A DNA stretch of 54,311 bases, counting the filler, from Catajapyx aquilonaris (lineage: Eukaryota): the NCBI GenBank assembly GCA_000934665.2. It is 3 parts of 3 records of this genome, joined end to end, with 100 filler letters (N's around TTAATTAATTAA, not from the genome) between each part and the next. Parts side by side here need not be neighbours in the genome. Positions count along the whole stretch, not along the records: positions 36,499 to 54,311 come from KZ539606.1; 2 more parts are not named here. One strand, 5' to 3'. Below the pieces are notes generated by a model, which saw only the letters and a program-made list of their open reading frames with translations, made no database searches and was not told the DNA's origin. A program made the translations under genes and the position numbers. Within the stretch, counting starts at the first letter, position 1; each line of letters begins with the position of its first letter. This document shows positions 36,898-49,830 of the stretch, piece by piece.

Positions 36898-37945
36898 GCC
36901 TAACTCACGCCGCACCACCGGTTAGAGCGCACACCCTCTTGAACCACTTGTCCGGACAAGCGGGACGGCTTTTTGGGACGAACACACGAACAACGGCTGG
37001 AACAATTGTCCGCTGGAGGGGGTCTAAAGTACCGTGTCCCTGAGACATAAATGTAGCTGCGACTTTGATGTAGCTGCTACTCGAGGAACGCCCCTTCGCC
37101 GCAGCAGCAACGGTTGAGATAAAGCAAAAGTGGACTTGTAGCGGGATAGCCCGAGAGATTGCCGCAGCAGCCATGTCGATAAAAGTCGACTTGTCGTTGG
37201 GTAGCCGTCTCGCACGCTCGCATCAACCGTCTCGGAAAAGTCGCTGTTTGACTGTAGATTATTATGTTGTAGCAGCAGCTACGTTACATGGCCCTAATCC
37301 CTGCGCGTCCGATGTGTGGACCCCGTATAGAGGATGACGTCACAAATATGTTGTTACAGAGGAATGAAGGAGTATTCGTATTTAGAGAGGAAATTCTAGA
37401 GAGGAAATTGCGTTCCTCTCTAAGAATTTTCCTATCCTCTCTATCGTCCATGTGAGCCATGTATTTCCTCTTTAAATATGCAGGTGTCAGAGAGGAAATG
37501 TACTTTTCCTCTCTGTCTCTTATGGAGGAATGAAAATTCCTCTGTAGACCAACAATTTAGAGAAGAAATGTAGGGTTTTAGAGAGGAAACATTTAAGAGT
37601 GTAGGCATCGTAACCGTGACCGGAGCTCCTGTTGCTCCACACACCTTCCATGCAGTATATGACTGTGATTCTTATAATTCCATCTACTGTTGTTTGCTGT
37701 CCAGGATGGCAACCTGCTTCTTTTCTTCCAATAACTTCCAGATTTGTGTCCATTGCTGAGTTCTTCATGAGCATGTCGCATAGCTTTTCTCATATTATTG
37801 GTAGCTAGTAGACGACATTTATGGTGCTTGCAAATTAGCGAACATTTCCTCTGATTGATAATGGTCACTTCATATACTCAAAGGAGGTGAACCTATGTGG
37901 GTCTGGCACTATAATACTGAATGAAGTGTCATCAGGAAAACCTTT

Positions 37946-39784
37946 TATTCTGCGACTCAGTATCATTACATGTTCGCCATAAAATGACATGTGACTTATA
38001 ATACTTCCTGCAATACCCGCCCGCCCGTCTGTGATTGGCCGGCCGGATGGGAGAGCCTTCCTCTGTACAGACGTTTTTTTCACTACTTACGCAGCACCAG
38101 CAGAATTGCACAGTATAGGGGCCGTCGCCCCTGTACTGTCTGCTCGGATGGTGATACGACGCGTCATATCACCAGCCGAGCTCTTCTCTCCTCTCAAACC
38201 AGGATAGGGAATGTGCGTTTCTTCCTCTCCATCCTTCTTTTTGAAACCTATGAAACAAGTCGGAAAGATTACAACAACTTGGGACTCAGTAAGCATTGGT
38301 ACACCCTGCACATTATAGGTGAATGCAGTTGGCCCCCGCGCTTCAGTGGCTGATCCAGGGCGAATCTTTGGGAGGGGCGGCAGCAGCAGGATGTTTAGGA
38401 TATGGAATAGCTGATATAGGAAAACAATGATCACGGCTATGTCAGAGTAGAACTAGATGAACCGCAAGCAGCGCTCATTTGAACGAATTATTATTAGAAC
38501 AGCACAAGAGGAAGGGTAGGAAAAAGCGCGGCGCATGCGGGGAAAAAAAAAATCCGGTTCAAGGTCACGAAAGATTTGATGAAAGGGCATTTCCATGAAA
38601 ACACCGACATACTGTCCGTTCATAACGCAGGTTTTGCAGACATGTACTAGCGTATTTTATTGTAACAATACACACACATTACATGAAATGGATTAAGCAT
38701 GCAGTGCATGCATCCTGGCATTGTTATAATAAAATATACACTTGTGCTCGTAGGCAAAACTTGTGTTACGAACGGACGGGTGCATCATGGAAATGCCCTA
38801 AACTTGCCATTGCAATTACTGTTAATTGGGGATATTTCATCCTTTATCCCGAACTTGAACTGAAATGGAAACAACAGTTACGAATAACTGTCACCACACT
38901 TTCCCTAGGCACTGATGCTACGGATCAGCTGACGGAATGGACATCACATCCAGTCTATTAGTTACAACAATTAGTTACAAACTCAAGTTCATGGAAACCC
39001 TACAGGATGATCTCTCACTCTGCGAGGTCTTGGGCAGTGACCAAGCTCCAGGTGGCCTCAGAGTGGAGGCCTCCAAACAGAAACCCCACCCTACACTTTT
39101 AATTACGCATCTGACCTGCATTCCTTCCAACTTACGTTTTGATCCGAACTTGTCTTGGTCATTCTTCTTAAACAGCTTCATGAAACTGGGAAGCCTGCCA
39201 ACAACGCTCTTGGGGCCGCTCAATTCCTGCCGCTCATATCTATTGGTAACGGAAAAATGTTGTCATTCATTATGTACAGGGCGATGTCTGTGCATGGCCA
39301 TTAATGCAACAAACGTCTGGACAGAGGAAGGCTCTCCTATCCGGCCAAACAGAGACGGGTCCCCCTCGTTGGAGCTGTGTAGCTGCTACTCAGAAGTCGC
39401 TGTAGCTATTGCGCTATTCTGCGACTCAGTATCATTACATGTTCGCCATAAAATGACATGTGACTTATAATACTTCCTGCAATACCCGCCCGCCCATCTG
39501 TGATTGGCCGGCCGGATAGGAGAGCCTTCCTCTGTACATACGTTTTTTTCACTACTTACGCAGCACCAGCAGAATTGCACAGTATAGGGGCCGTCGCCCC
39601 TGTACTGTCTGCTCAGATGGTGATACGACGCGTCATATCACCAGCCGAGCTCTTCTCTCCTCTCAAACCAGGATAGGGAATGTGCGTTTCTTCCTCTCCA
39701 TCCTTCTTTTTGAAACCTGATGAAACAAGTCGGAAAGATTACAACAACTTGGGACTCAGTAAGCATTGGTACACCCTGCACATT
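37946..39784 (+). repeat. About 369-bp near-identical direct duplication (37946-38314 and 39415-39784)
   Basis: Both copies run TATTCTGCGACTCAG...ACACCCTGCACATT with only a few differences. Confidence 0.9.
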
Positions 39785-42477
39785 TAATTTGGTATCGATT
39801 ATTATACCATCTTGTCGCCAGTGAAATTCGCAAGTTCTCATGCATGGGCAGAGTCTGCTGAACTCTCCGCATAAATGTATATATTCTGGCACTAAAAATG
39901 GTAACACTGACCCCATATCTCCATTTGCCCTGGTGTCTAGTGTGAATTGCGAACTAATGAGTTACTAATGCGAAGTTTTTTAACATTATGTCGTGATTAC
40001 ACCAATCAATTAAATTGACTGGTCCACGATTTAACTTACATACGCAATGTCTCTGACTTTAAGTTTTGATTTTGTTGCTATTATGTTGTCATATGGTCAT
40101 ATGTTGTGGAGTGTACACAGAGACTTTTTTGCTTTCTTTTCCTTAACTATACTCTCTCACAGTCTCTCTCACAGGTCATGTAGGAGTGCCCACGAGTGGG
40201 AAACATGTGCCTCAATGTATAGAAACGACCACTGTGATTTAATTCATACCAGAACTGCAGATCAGTGCAATTGTGATTACTTTACAAGGCGCTTCTCTCG
40301 CATCACTTGTCATCATCCGTTATAAAGAGACGAGGAAATTCTTTCCCGGTGAAAGCCATTTGGTATTGCTTTATGCAGAACTCGAAAACCAGCCGGATAA
40401 TAATCACACGTCATTTTCCCTTTGGTCATGATTTATCCCCAGAGGAACAGCACCAGCTACTGAAGGCGTGATTTTTCCGCGTGACAAATACAATGTCTTC
40501 GGTAACTGTCAAGATATGAGTTGTTTTCATGGTGTCAGAATGAGAATATTGTTGAAGGGTCTGTCGCCTTGATGCCTCGCGTTGTACTGCTTTTGCTTAG
40601 CTTGTAGCCCTTAGCCTCGATGAAAGATAAGATATGCAATGTATGCAAATTATAAATATTAGGCGTAAATCCATATAAAACATGGTAACCCCTGTATTCC
40701 TCGGCAACTTACCTCAATACGAGGTGCGAGATTTCTCATTCTCCCTGTGAACAGGTGTATGTAACAGGTGGAGTTATATGACATTCTGATGCAAACTTTC
40801 AATTCCCTACCGTACAACATGAGTGAAATCTTGTCCCGCCTATTTCATCCTGAAATAACCTTTTCTGGTGCTCCAATTTGCAGAATCCACTACCCGACCG
40901 AACATGAGGCTTCGTGTGCCTTTGGGACACCACTAAATTGACCCACAAAGAATCCACGTGTAAAATAACTACCTAGCCCAAAAGAAGGGTGGAAGCATGT
41001 GAAACAACACATGCCGTCAACCCCTTCAGAGTGTAATTGATCCGTACTAATCAAACCCACCTTATCTACCTCAAGGTCCTCAGAACGAAATTCCAACGAC
41101 ACACTCCCACTTTACCCCACTTGCACTGGAAGGCATGAACAGTCCTGGCGTTGCCACACACCCCATTTACTAGTACGTATGTGAAGATAAGTGATTTCAA
41201 AATGTATGTACAGTTCTTACAGGAAAGATTCAGTCATAGTAAATAAGTTGTCCTAAAGGTAAATGACTTGTATGAGCGGATTCTTCGCAATCGTTGCACT
41301 TTGCATTATTTGCATGTGCTGATGGACCATCTTCCTGACGGGAAGGTCTTACCTCTTTTGGGATCCAAAGATTGGATGAAGTTTAGAGGGGGAAGCCACA
41401 GTGGAGGAACCATTGAGTAGGAACGGAACATACAGGGCCGTTATACATGTAGCCCTTAGTTGTCGTTCTTCACTCCAGTTCTTTCAAAGTGTCTCATCTG
41501 GATGACCCGAGGTATTTCAAATACGTCCTCATGAGGAGGGATCAATGGGTAGACAGTTGACTGTAAGCTAGGAACTGCTTTCCCTCCATGAAGAGCTTGA
41601 TGTGAGGATGTGGCCACAAACTTTATGGCAACCTTCCTGCTGATGGTCTAACATGGCTTTTTTCAACTGAGGTCGCGCATTATGTGGTACTGCAAAAGTT
41701 CCTCCTTTTCTGCAAATGAATGTTACGCGGTCATAATGGGTTATTGCAACTAATTTAGCGTCGAAACTGTAAATGTGAAAGCATAACAAGCGATAATAAC
41801 TTATAAGATTTGAACCTTTTCTTCAATTCGGGAGTATCCCATAGCTGGGTGGCCTTTTTGGGCCGAAAGTGGATGTACTCGCCGTCATATGTCATGGAGA
41901 GTTCTGCGGAAGGTCCGGCTGATTCGCACATGCTCATATCTGGCGAAAGTTATGCCATGCCCAGCTTTTACTATTCTCCATTTTCCAAGCTATTTGTTCG
42001 AATGATTTTATTGCAATGATTGTGTGTACATTTTTAGCTCGTAATAGGAGTCAACTTGCTTCTCAGTCATCACTCAGTAACCCTTAACAGGGACATGTCG
42101 TAATGTATACTGTGTATATGTCATTGAAGCTAGTACATTTATTATTTGACCTTGATCTACATCGCTTACATAGGTAATTTCTTATAATAATAATAATAAT
42201 AATAATAATAATTTTAATAATTTTAATAATTTTAATTTTTAAAATGAACTTACCCGTTACTTCTGCAGCTCTGCTCCTTATTGCTGCCTTATTGTGTGAA
42301 GGGGCGGCCCAATATTCGCTCCAGGTAATTTTCAATTGTATTAAAAACCCATCACTTCAGACGTTCAAAGAAGTGGTCCATGATGTCGTGGATTACTTCA
42401 TGAACGAAATTGTATCAATTATTATATCGAGAACCATTTTTCTTCCTCTTCGTCTTGTTAAGTCCAGGTCAGGAGGG

Positions 42478-42797
42478 ATGATGATGATGATTCGGGTAGT
42501 ACCCTCTGAGGTATTGCACAGACCTTTATTATTACTTGTACAAAGCTGGAACCTTTTTAGCGTATCGCCTGGGTCCACGGGCAGGGATGAGTGGGAGGGG
42601 ATGTGCGTTGTGCAGTGCAATGTCTAAAACATGGTACATTTTGTGAACTCCCCTGGGTGGTTCGTCTCAGGAGGCCCACCCGAGACGAAGCCAAAGAAGA
42701 CCCAACTCTGACAAGATGAAGGGGAGAAAGCCCGGGCTTGGTATCGAACCCGGGACCATTACATCCGTGGGTCCGCAGCGCCACTCCGACCCCCCTT
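42478..42797 (-). mobile_element. tRNA-derived SINE related to 33567-33825
   Basis: Shares GGTCCCGGGTTCGAT (B-box) and AGACATTGCA core with the 33.6-kb SINE. Probable (CAT)n tail at 42478-42491. Confidence 0.65.
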
Positions 42798-44846
42798 ATA
42801 TTTTTCTTATTCCTAAATACCATAGTGTGCATGTATCAATGGAAATGATAGTATGAAGTTGTCGCTATGCTGTTATGAAAGGTGTTCGACTGTCTCCAGG
42901 ACCATTGTTCCTACTGTCCGCTTGGTCGCGCAATGAAGTGCAATGAATGATTTTCTGCATAGATGAATTCCTTCAACATATTTCGCCAAATTAGCAATTC
43001 TTCTGTTTGATGATGTGGGAACTGCTTTTGTTGTCTTCTCATCTTCTGCAACCATTGCTGGAACTGTCGTGGCTGGCTCTTAATCACTTTATCACAGTTG
43101 ATTCTTTGGAGCCTCTCAATAATAGGTTAGGTCGTGCTGTATAGGAGAATGTGTGTGAAATAATGGGGCTTGTATTTCACTTAACTTAACGAGGCTAGTG
43201 GTACTTCTAAATTAGCCGCAACAAGACACTCACACGACGGACCACCAGGTAGCGCCAAAGCCGCAAGTTGGGGGACCAGGAGGCCAGGAACCAATTCAAC
43301 TCAAGACGAGATGAATTAACATTCCTGAATGCAAATGAAGGATCACTTAATTGTTTCAATATTTCCTGGTACCGATGGTGTGTTCCCAGTGGGTTATGCA
43401 GCGATTCATTTGCAAATCACTGAAAGGAACTGGTGCAATAAAATAGGCGCCCTTCTCTAGATACTTAAATACATCTCTTGGTCTGTACCACTTTTCACTT
43501 CAAGTGATGCAACTGAATTCTTAGTAACATGGTGTACATTTTCAACACGCTTAGGGCACTTGGTCACTCGCCAAATAGCTACACTTTGACCCCATTTTAT
43601 GTACGAATAAAGCGAGTTAAACATGTGCTGTGCCCCCAAAGAAAACTGTTTGTATTGATGTGCCAGTTTATTGCGTCGGGTGCGTGACAGTATTTATTAC
43701 TTTGTGGGACATATGTTTCTGTGTTATTTTGGAAATTTTATAGGAGGAAGCATTCTCAAATGCCTGAATTTTTGTTTCCTCTTGAGCTGGTCCATCCGCG
43801 AAGACTGTCAGCGTACATGCTTTCGTCGAACTGATTTGCATAACTACTAATTGCTTCCATTACCTTATGAGGTTCGGACTATCCACAATCATTGGTGTTA
43901 AGTATGTTAAAAGTATACGTTATATAAACGTATGATATAAAGTGATTTCTAAATGACAATTAATCGCTCACCACCCGTAATTTGAGTCAACGTGCTTCTC
44001 AATCATCACTGAGTAACCCTTATAGGGAAATGTCTTGATGTATACTGCGTGTAAATCTCACCAAATGTAGCACATTTATGTGAGATTACATTTATTACTT
44101 GACTTTGATCTACATTGCTGGCTACCTTTTTCTTGAAAAAGATGTCGTTTTAGTTTTCTTGGCTGTCGCATGTCCCTCATTCGGAATTTTGGCATCTGGG
44201 CTGCATGCTTTCGAATGAATTTGATTCCACTTCGAACTTTCAATAATTTTCCTCGACAGCATTGGGAATTTTTCCGTCAAAATTCGGGCCTACAGTGCTT
44301 CGTCTCGACTGAACCGCTCTACTAGTCGAGGCCTATCGTAATAACAGTAATGAACTAATGATTTTCAGCATATGAAATCAGGAACTGAATAATTCAAATA
44401 CCTTCAGGAACAATAATACTGTTGGCGAACCAAGTCTCTCGTCTGGTAATCTGTCGCTTTCATGACTTTTGATGCTGCATTCAGCTGCTGTACTTCTCTC
44501 TATAAATTTCGCCGACTTGGGGCTTTATATTGTCCTGCATGTTTTCTTTGTAGCCTAATACAACATTGTAATGTCATAATACATCTTGCAGCAGAATGTC
44601 AGAAGGATACTTCCGAGCGCGCGTTTGGACTACCCTGTAATGGGCCAGTTCATTTGATTTTTCGTTTGCGTCATTCTAATTGTATCGTGGAAATCAAAAC
44701 CGCGCTATGTTGAATTTTCAAGATTTGCGAATGTCAACCTTATTGAACAATTATTACCGATATTTCCGAGTGTCTTTCTTCCTAGCCTCTTGTGCTTCTT
44801 CCACAAGAGGCAATGACAAAATGAAGAGTAAAGTGGAGGGATTTCT

Positions 44847-47800
44847 GTCGATGTAGAAGATGGATCCATTAATCCAGAGCTTCTCTGCTGGCCAAATATT
44901 CACCAAGTTTTCCCGGGTTTGTCTGGTTGCATGGGTTTAATCTTCATTAACTCGATACTGGGTCCCTCGCATGTTACCCACCCTGAGTAAAATTTCAGTT
45001 TTTTCCTGGATCTGTCTTGTAATTGGGGTGTCTTAAGTTCAAAATGGGCAGTGTTCATCAAAAACTAGTGCTTCTAATAGTAATACCGCATAATTCTTCA
45101 TACATGTATGGAATTTACGCAACAAATAAATACGACACATATAATTTGTGGCTTAAGTATTTTCGTGATGGGTGTGCCACAGAGCCAGATATGGCTGTGT
45201 ATATAGTTTCAAAAGTATATTTGTCTAATCAGCAGCAACCGCGTCGATATCTTCATTCACTTGGGGAACAATTATGCGCATTAGACCTTTGATGTATTGT
45301 AAATATACGTTGATTCAATCAAACATTACATGTATAATCATGGACACCAGAGCCAATTTAAAGTAAGTTTTTTATACTAAAGGTCTTGAATCTGCAAAGG
45401 ATATTATGACTGATCCAGTTCATCGTCGTGCGGCGCATTATTTGCCAGAAGTTCCTCAATTGTTTAAATGCCCGGATCCATGGTATGAATATCCATGCCG
45501 ATGAAGTGTCTGGATATCTAAAGCGAACAATCTACCCAAAATATAGGTATGGATATAATTATGCTCTATCTGGAGGGGGGAATGGCCTCTTGAGGAGTAA
45601 CGGCATCTTTCACTGCTTGCTTTTCAGAACATACTGTATTTAACTAGGGGCAGTCTGTGAAATGCTTGTGATTGTCTGTTCGTAATGTGCTCTTTAAATT
45701 AAAGGGCGATATATTCCAAACAAATAAGGCTTGTAGAAAAGTTGAATTATTATTCATAGCTATACATATTCATAAATATACTTAGCTGGGCATGTTGTTT
45801 TCCTTATACGTGCAATTGTATCACGTTTACTCTACAAAATAATTTGTGACCTCATTACATTAATTCCAGCGTCTTCATGTCTTAGGGTGACAACCTCTGG
45901 AACAATCATGTCCTAAGGGACCAAGTCAAGGCACTCCACTCGTACTCAAACGTGATTCTGGAAAAGCGAGATCAAAAGCATTGCTCCATGTACTGGGTAT
46001 ACGTGGATTAACCTGGCTTAAGAAGTTCACGGACTGAGAAGTTGCCACAATAGCTCTCAGCGGTGGCAAACCAGTGTATCCAGGATCCGTCTCACATAAT
46101 TGCCACAATGACACATTAATTGCATGATGCTAATGTGTAAGTACAATATCAATCTACTTGGTTGATGAGTTTGGTCTTTACATTCCCAGATCGAGTTAAT
46201 AAAAGTACTCGTATAAAATATATCTACGTTATAAAATCCTGGAGGACTCGACGTCTAGAATTATTCGTATCTTGTGTATCTCCAGATGTTCCTAAAGTTT
46301 GTGTGAAATGACTATACTGGCATCTATTGAAGCAGTTTCTGTGACAGTTTGATCACACTTGGCCTTCCTGTGCCCCAACCTCACCCTGGTGCATATGATT
46401 GAAGAGACCAGAACTCAAATTGAGTGCATACCACTTACTTTCATCTCGAACACACGTCGAGTAAAATACTTGTGATTTTCTCGTTCATGTGTTTGAAAAC
46501 AAATGGAATTCTTATTCATAACGCCAATTATAAGACGTCGATACCTCTGCTACCATAATGTTGGGTCATTTGGCAAGCAATGACGCATTAATTGCAGCGT
46601 TATAAGTTAATACAATTCTAATAACATGGCACAATATCGTGGCCACATTACTGGGGGTTATCATGCTTTTCTTCAAAATGTTGGCGCATAACGCAATTGT
46701 ATTACTGCTACACTGCAGAAGGCCCACAGATGCTGGTCGTTCCATGGAATGGGTTCCTTTGGTGGGGTCTCCTCGGATGGTCTGCCTCGTCTTCATGGGG
46801 TGTGTCCTTCTCTTTCATGTGGATGGGTTCATCCTCGAGGCTCGGAGATGAAGATAAGCTTGGTACCGTACTATACTGAATGCAATATTTCGTATTTGTT
46901 TTCCTCCAACAATACTGTACAAATATTGTCCCCCCGACTTTGCCCACATGGTGCAACAATAGGGAACGTGCCTGGATGTAATGCTATATGAAATCAAAAT
47001 AGAGAAACAAATTTGATAAATTAATTACATACATATTACGTAATCATAAGTCAAGCCCACTTACGTAGGAGTCCGTCCTCGATGTGCAAAGACGTGTTGT
47101 TGTTACCCTTATGCCAGTCGTCGCATCGTCACCTGGTGATTTCATCTTGTGTTCTTGTCGTTTCCATGTTCTCACACAGGAGGTACAAGAACCTCATGAG
47201 CACGGAAATTTTATTAATGGCTTACATTTCTGAATGTAAAATTGAAAGTGCAATATCATCCAAGCAAATAAGGGTGAAGACATCAATATGCTTATATATA
47301 GTAGACAAATGGAATTTTTATTTGTAAAGCCATCCATATGTTCGAAAAGACGTCGATAGTGTTTGTCTTTTAAGAACTTCAGGGGGGGGGGGGNNNNNNN
47401 NNNNNNNNNNNNNNNNNNAACAGGTTTGATTGTGATGTTTATCATTGCAACTGATGATGTATATTTACACCTTGACCCACTAACTTAATATGATGGTATG
47501 CAAACGGGGATCGAGGCTATGACTTATGAGTTCACATACTACAGTATTTCAGCACATGTGATATCGCATGAGTTTCATTCTCATTTTGACGGTATCATTA
47601 TTATATCCTAAATTGTTCGTACACATGTAAACATGAGAGTCACTGAAACGGCAGAGCCTGGCAGATCAGCTAACTCTAGATGCGAATAATTTTGATTCAT
47701 GTAAAAATTTATATTATTTATTATTATTATTAGTTGTATTATTATGCGCCAGTTTACTTGGTTTTTCGTTTGAGTCATTCTCATTATGTTAGAACACCGA

Positions 47801-49830
47801 TAGCTCTCTCCACATGCGATGATTGAAAACTGAGTGAGTGGAGACCGGGGTGAACGTGACTCAACTTATCCAAATGTGACCCAACATCATTCTTGACTGA
47901 GGTCGCATTTTGTGGTTCTGCACGAGTTCAGCCGTTTCTACAAGTAAATGTCAACAGTCATAACTTGGTCATAACTGACTGACCTGGCTTCCGTCACCTT
48001 TATTTATACCTCGGTTTGTTTATGGTATCGTGGGTAACACGTGTTCCCCAAACAACTGTCACCAAGGTGTACTGGTTACGTAACAACAGTGGACATGCAC
48101 GATATCATACTGTATTCTCCATTTTACAAGCCGTTTGAATGATTATATTGCACTGATTGTGTGTAAATTTTTAGCTCGTAATTTGACTCAACGTGCTTCT
48201 CAACCAGTGAGTAACCCTTATAGGGAAGTGGCGTGATGTGTACTTCATCAAAGGCAACAAATTTATGTGAGGTTACATTTATTACTTGACTTTGATCTAC
48301 ATTACTGGCTACCTTTTTCCTGAAAAGATGTCGTTTTAGTTTTCTTGTTTGCTTACGATATTCCCTGCTAATTGCTTCCCATGCAGGGCAATGATTGGTT
48401 TTCTGTATACAATCACTACTTGGAAGTCAATTTTGATCTGTGAAGGAATACGTAAGAATAAATTGCAGTACCAGTATGCTGTGAAATATTGATGGGCTTG
48501 CCTTTTGGTAATCATGATGATCGGGTTCATAGGTTTGTAGTAGTCGTCGTAGTATGTAAGGAACAGAGATTTCGTCTCTCTGTGACACGTGGTTGCGAAC
48601 CTACAGGGTGTGTAATTGCAATTTTTTCGCTCATTTGACTCTGTCAGGGCTTGCAATGGAGGCCCATAACCTCTGAACCCCTAAAGTGACACCAAATTAT
48701 TATCAGACCCGCCATATATTGCATTTTTGGGTCAATGTCCCTTAACTTCATCCCCGGGAACGAGGAGGGCGGAGGAGGGCTTCCTCTGGCTTCTATGGTG
48801 GATCATGATGGCCAGATGAGGAACCATCTTGTGGGATAAGCGGCGGCAGCGGCTCCTTACCACATCTCTTTGTCAAATCATTTTCGTCGATGTAGAAGCT
48901 GGATCCATTAATCCAGAGCTTCTCTGGTGCTGGCCAAATATTCACCAAGTTTTCCCGGATTTGACTGGTTGCATGGCTTTAATCTTCATTAACTCGCAGG
49001 TTACCCACCTTTAGTAAAATTTCAGTTTTCTCCTGGATCTGTCTTTTAATTGGGGTGTCTAAAGTTCAAAATGGGCAATGTTCATCAAAAACTAGTGCTT
49101 CTAATAGTATACCGCATAATTTTTCATACATGTATGGAATTTATGCAACAAATAAATACAACACATAATGAATTTGTGAACTTGCAGTTCTTTTCCCTCT
49201 CTCTAGACGAGGGTCATATCCTTCCTAACACGGGAGAGTCTTAGACTAATATTAGGCCTCAAAAATGGAGCTCAAAAAATGAAGCCCACCTCCATTAATT
49301 TGTGGCTTAAGTATTTTCGTGATGGGTGTGCCACAGAGCCAGATATGGCTGTGTATATAGTTTCAAAAGTATATTTGTCTAATCAGCAGCAATCGCGTCG
49401 ATATCTTCATTCACTTGGGGAACAATTATGCGCATTAGACATTTGATGATCATCTCCGCGTAAATATACGTTGATTCAATCAAACATTACATGTATAATC
49501 ATGGACACCAGAGCCTATTTAAAGTAGGTTTTTTTATACTAAAGGTCTTGAATCTGCAAAGGATATTATGACTGCTCCAGTTCATCGTCGTGCGGCGCAT
49601 TTTTTGCCTGAAGTTCCTCAATTGTTTAAATGCCCAGATCCATGGTATGACTATCCATGCCGATGAAGTGTCTGGATATCTAAAGCGAACAATCTACCCA
49701 AAATATAGGTATGGATATAATTATGCTCTGTCTGGAGGGGGGAAAGGCATCTTGAGCAGTAACGGCTTCTTTCACTGCTTGCTTTTCAGAACATATTTAA
49801 CTAGGGGCAGTCTGTGAAATATTTGTGATT
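44847..49830 (+). repeat. Direct repeat block A (44847-45673 and 48886-49830)
   Basis: Highly similar copies starting GTCGATGTAGAAG. The second has about 125 bp extra near 49170-49295. Confidence 0.9.

Noticed and set aside
39715..39738. CTGATGA...GAAA hammerhead-like core
   Set aside because: No convincing stem II, and the duplicate copy lacks the CTGATGA core.
37946..39784. LTR pair or TRIM
   Set aside because: Homology extends beyond the TG/CA dinucleotides in both copies, and no TSD, PBS or PPT was seen.
41455..41645. RKVAIKFV resemblance to a protein-kinase VAIK motif
   Set aside because: No glycine loop, HRD or DFG in any frame I read.
41755..41937. WDTPELKK resemblance to Polinton pPolB (WxTPEL)
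   Set aside because: It is a single short motif with no DxxSLYP or YxDTD motifs nearby.
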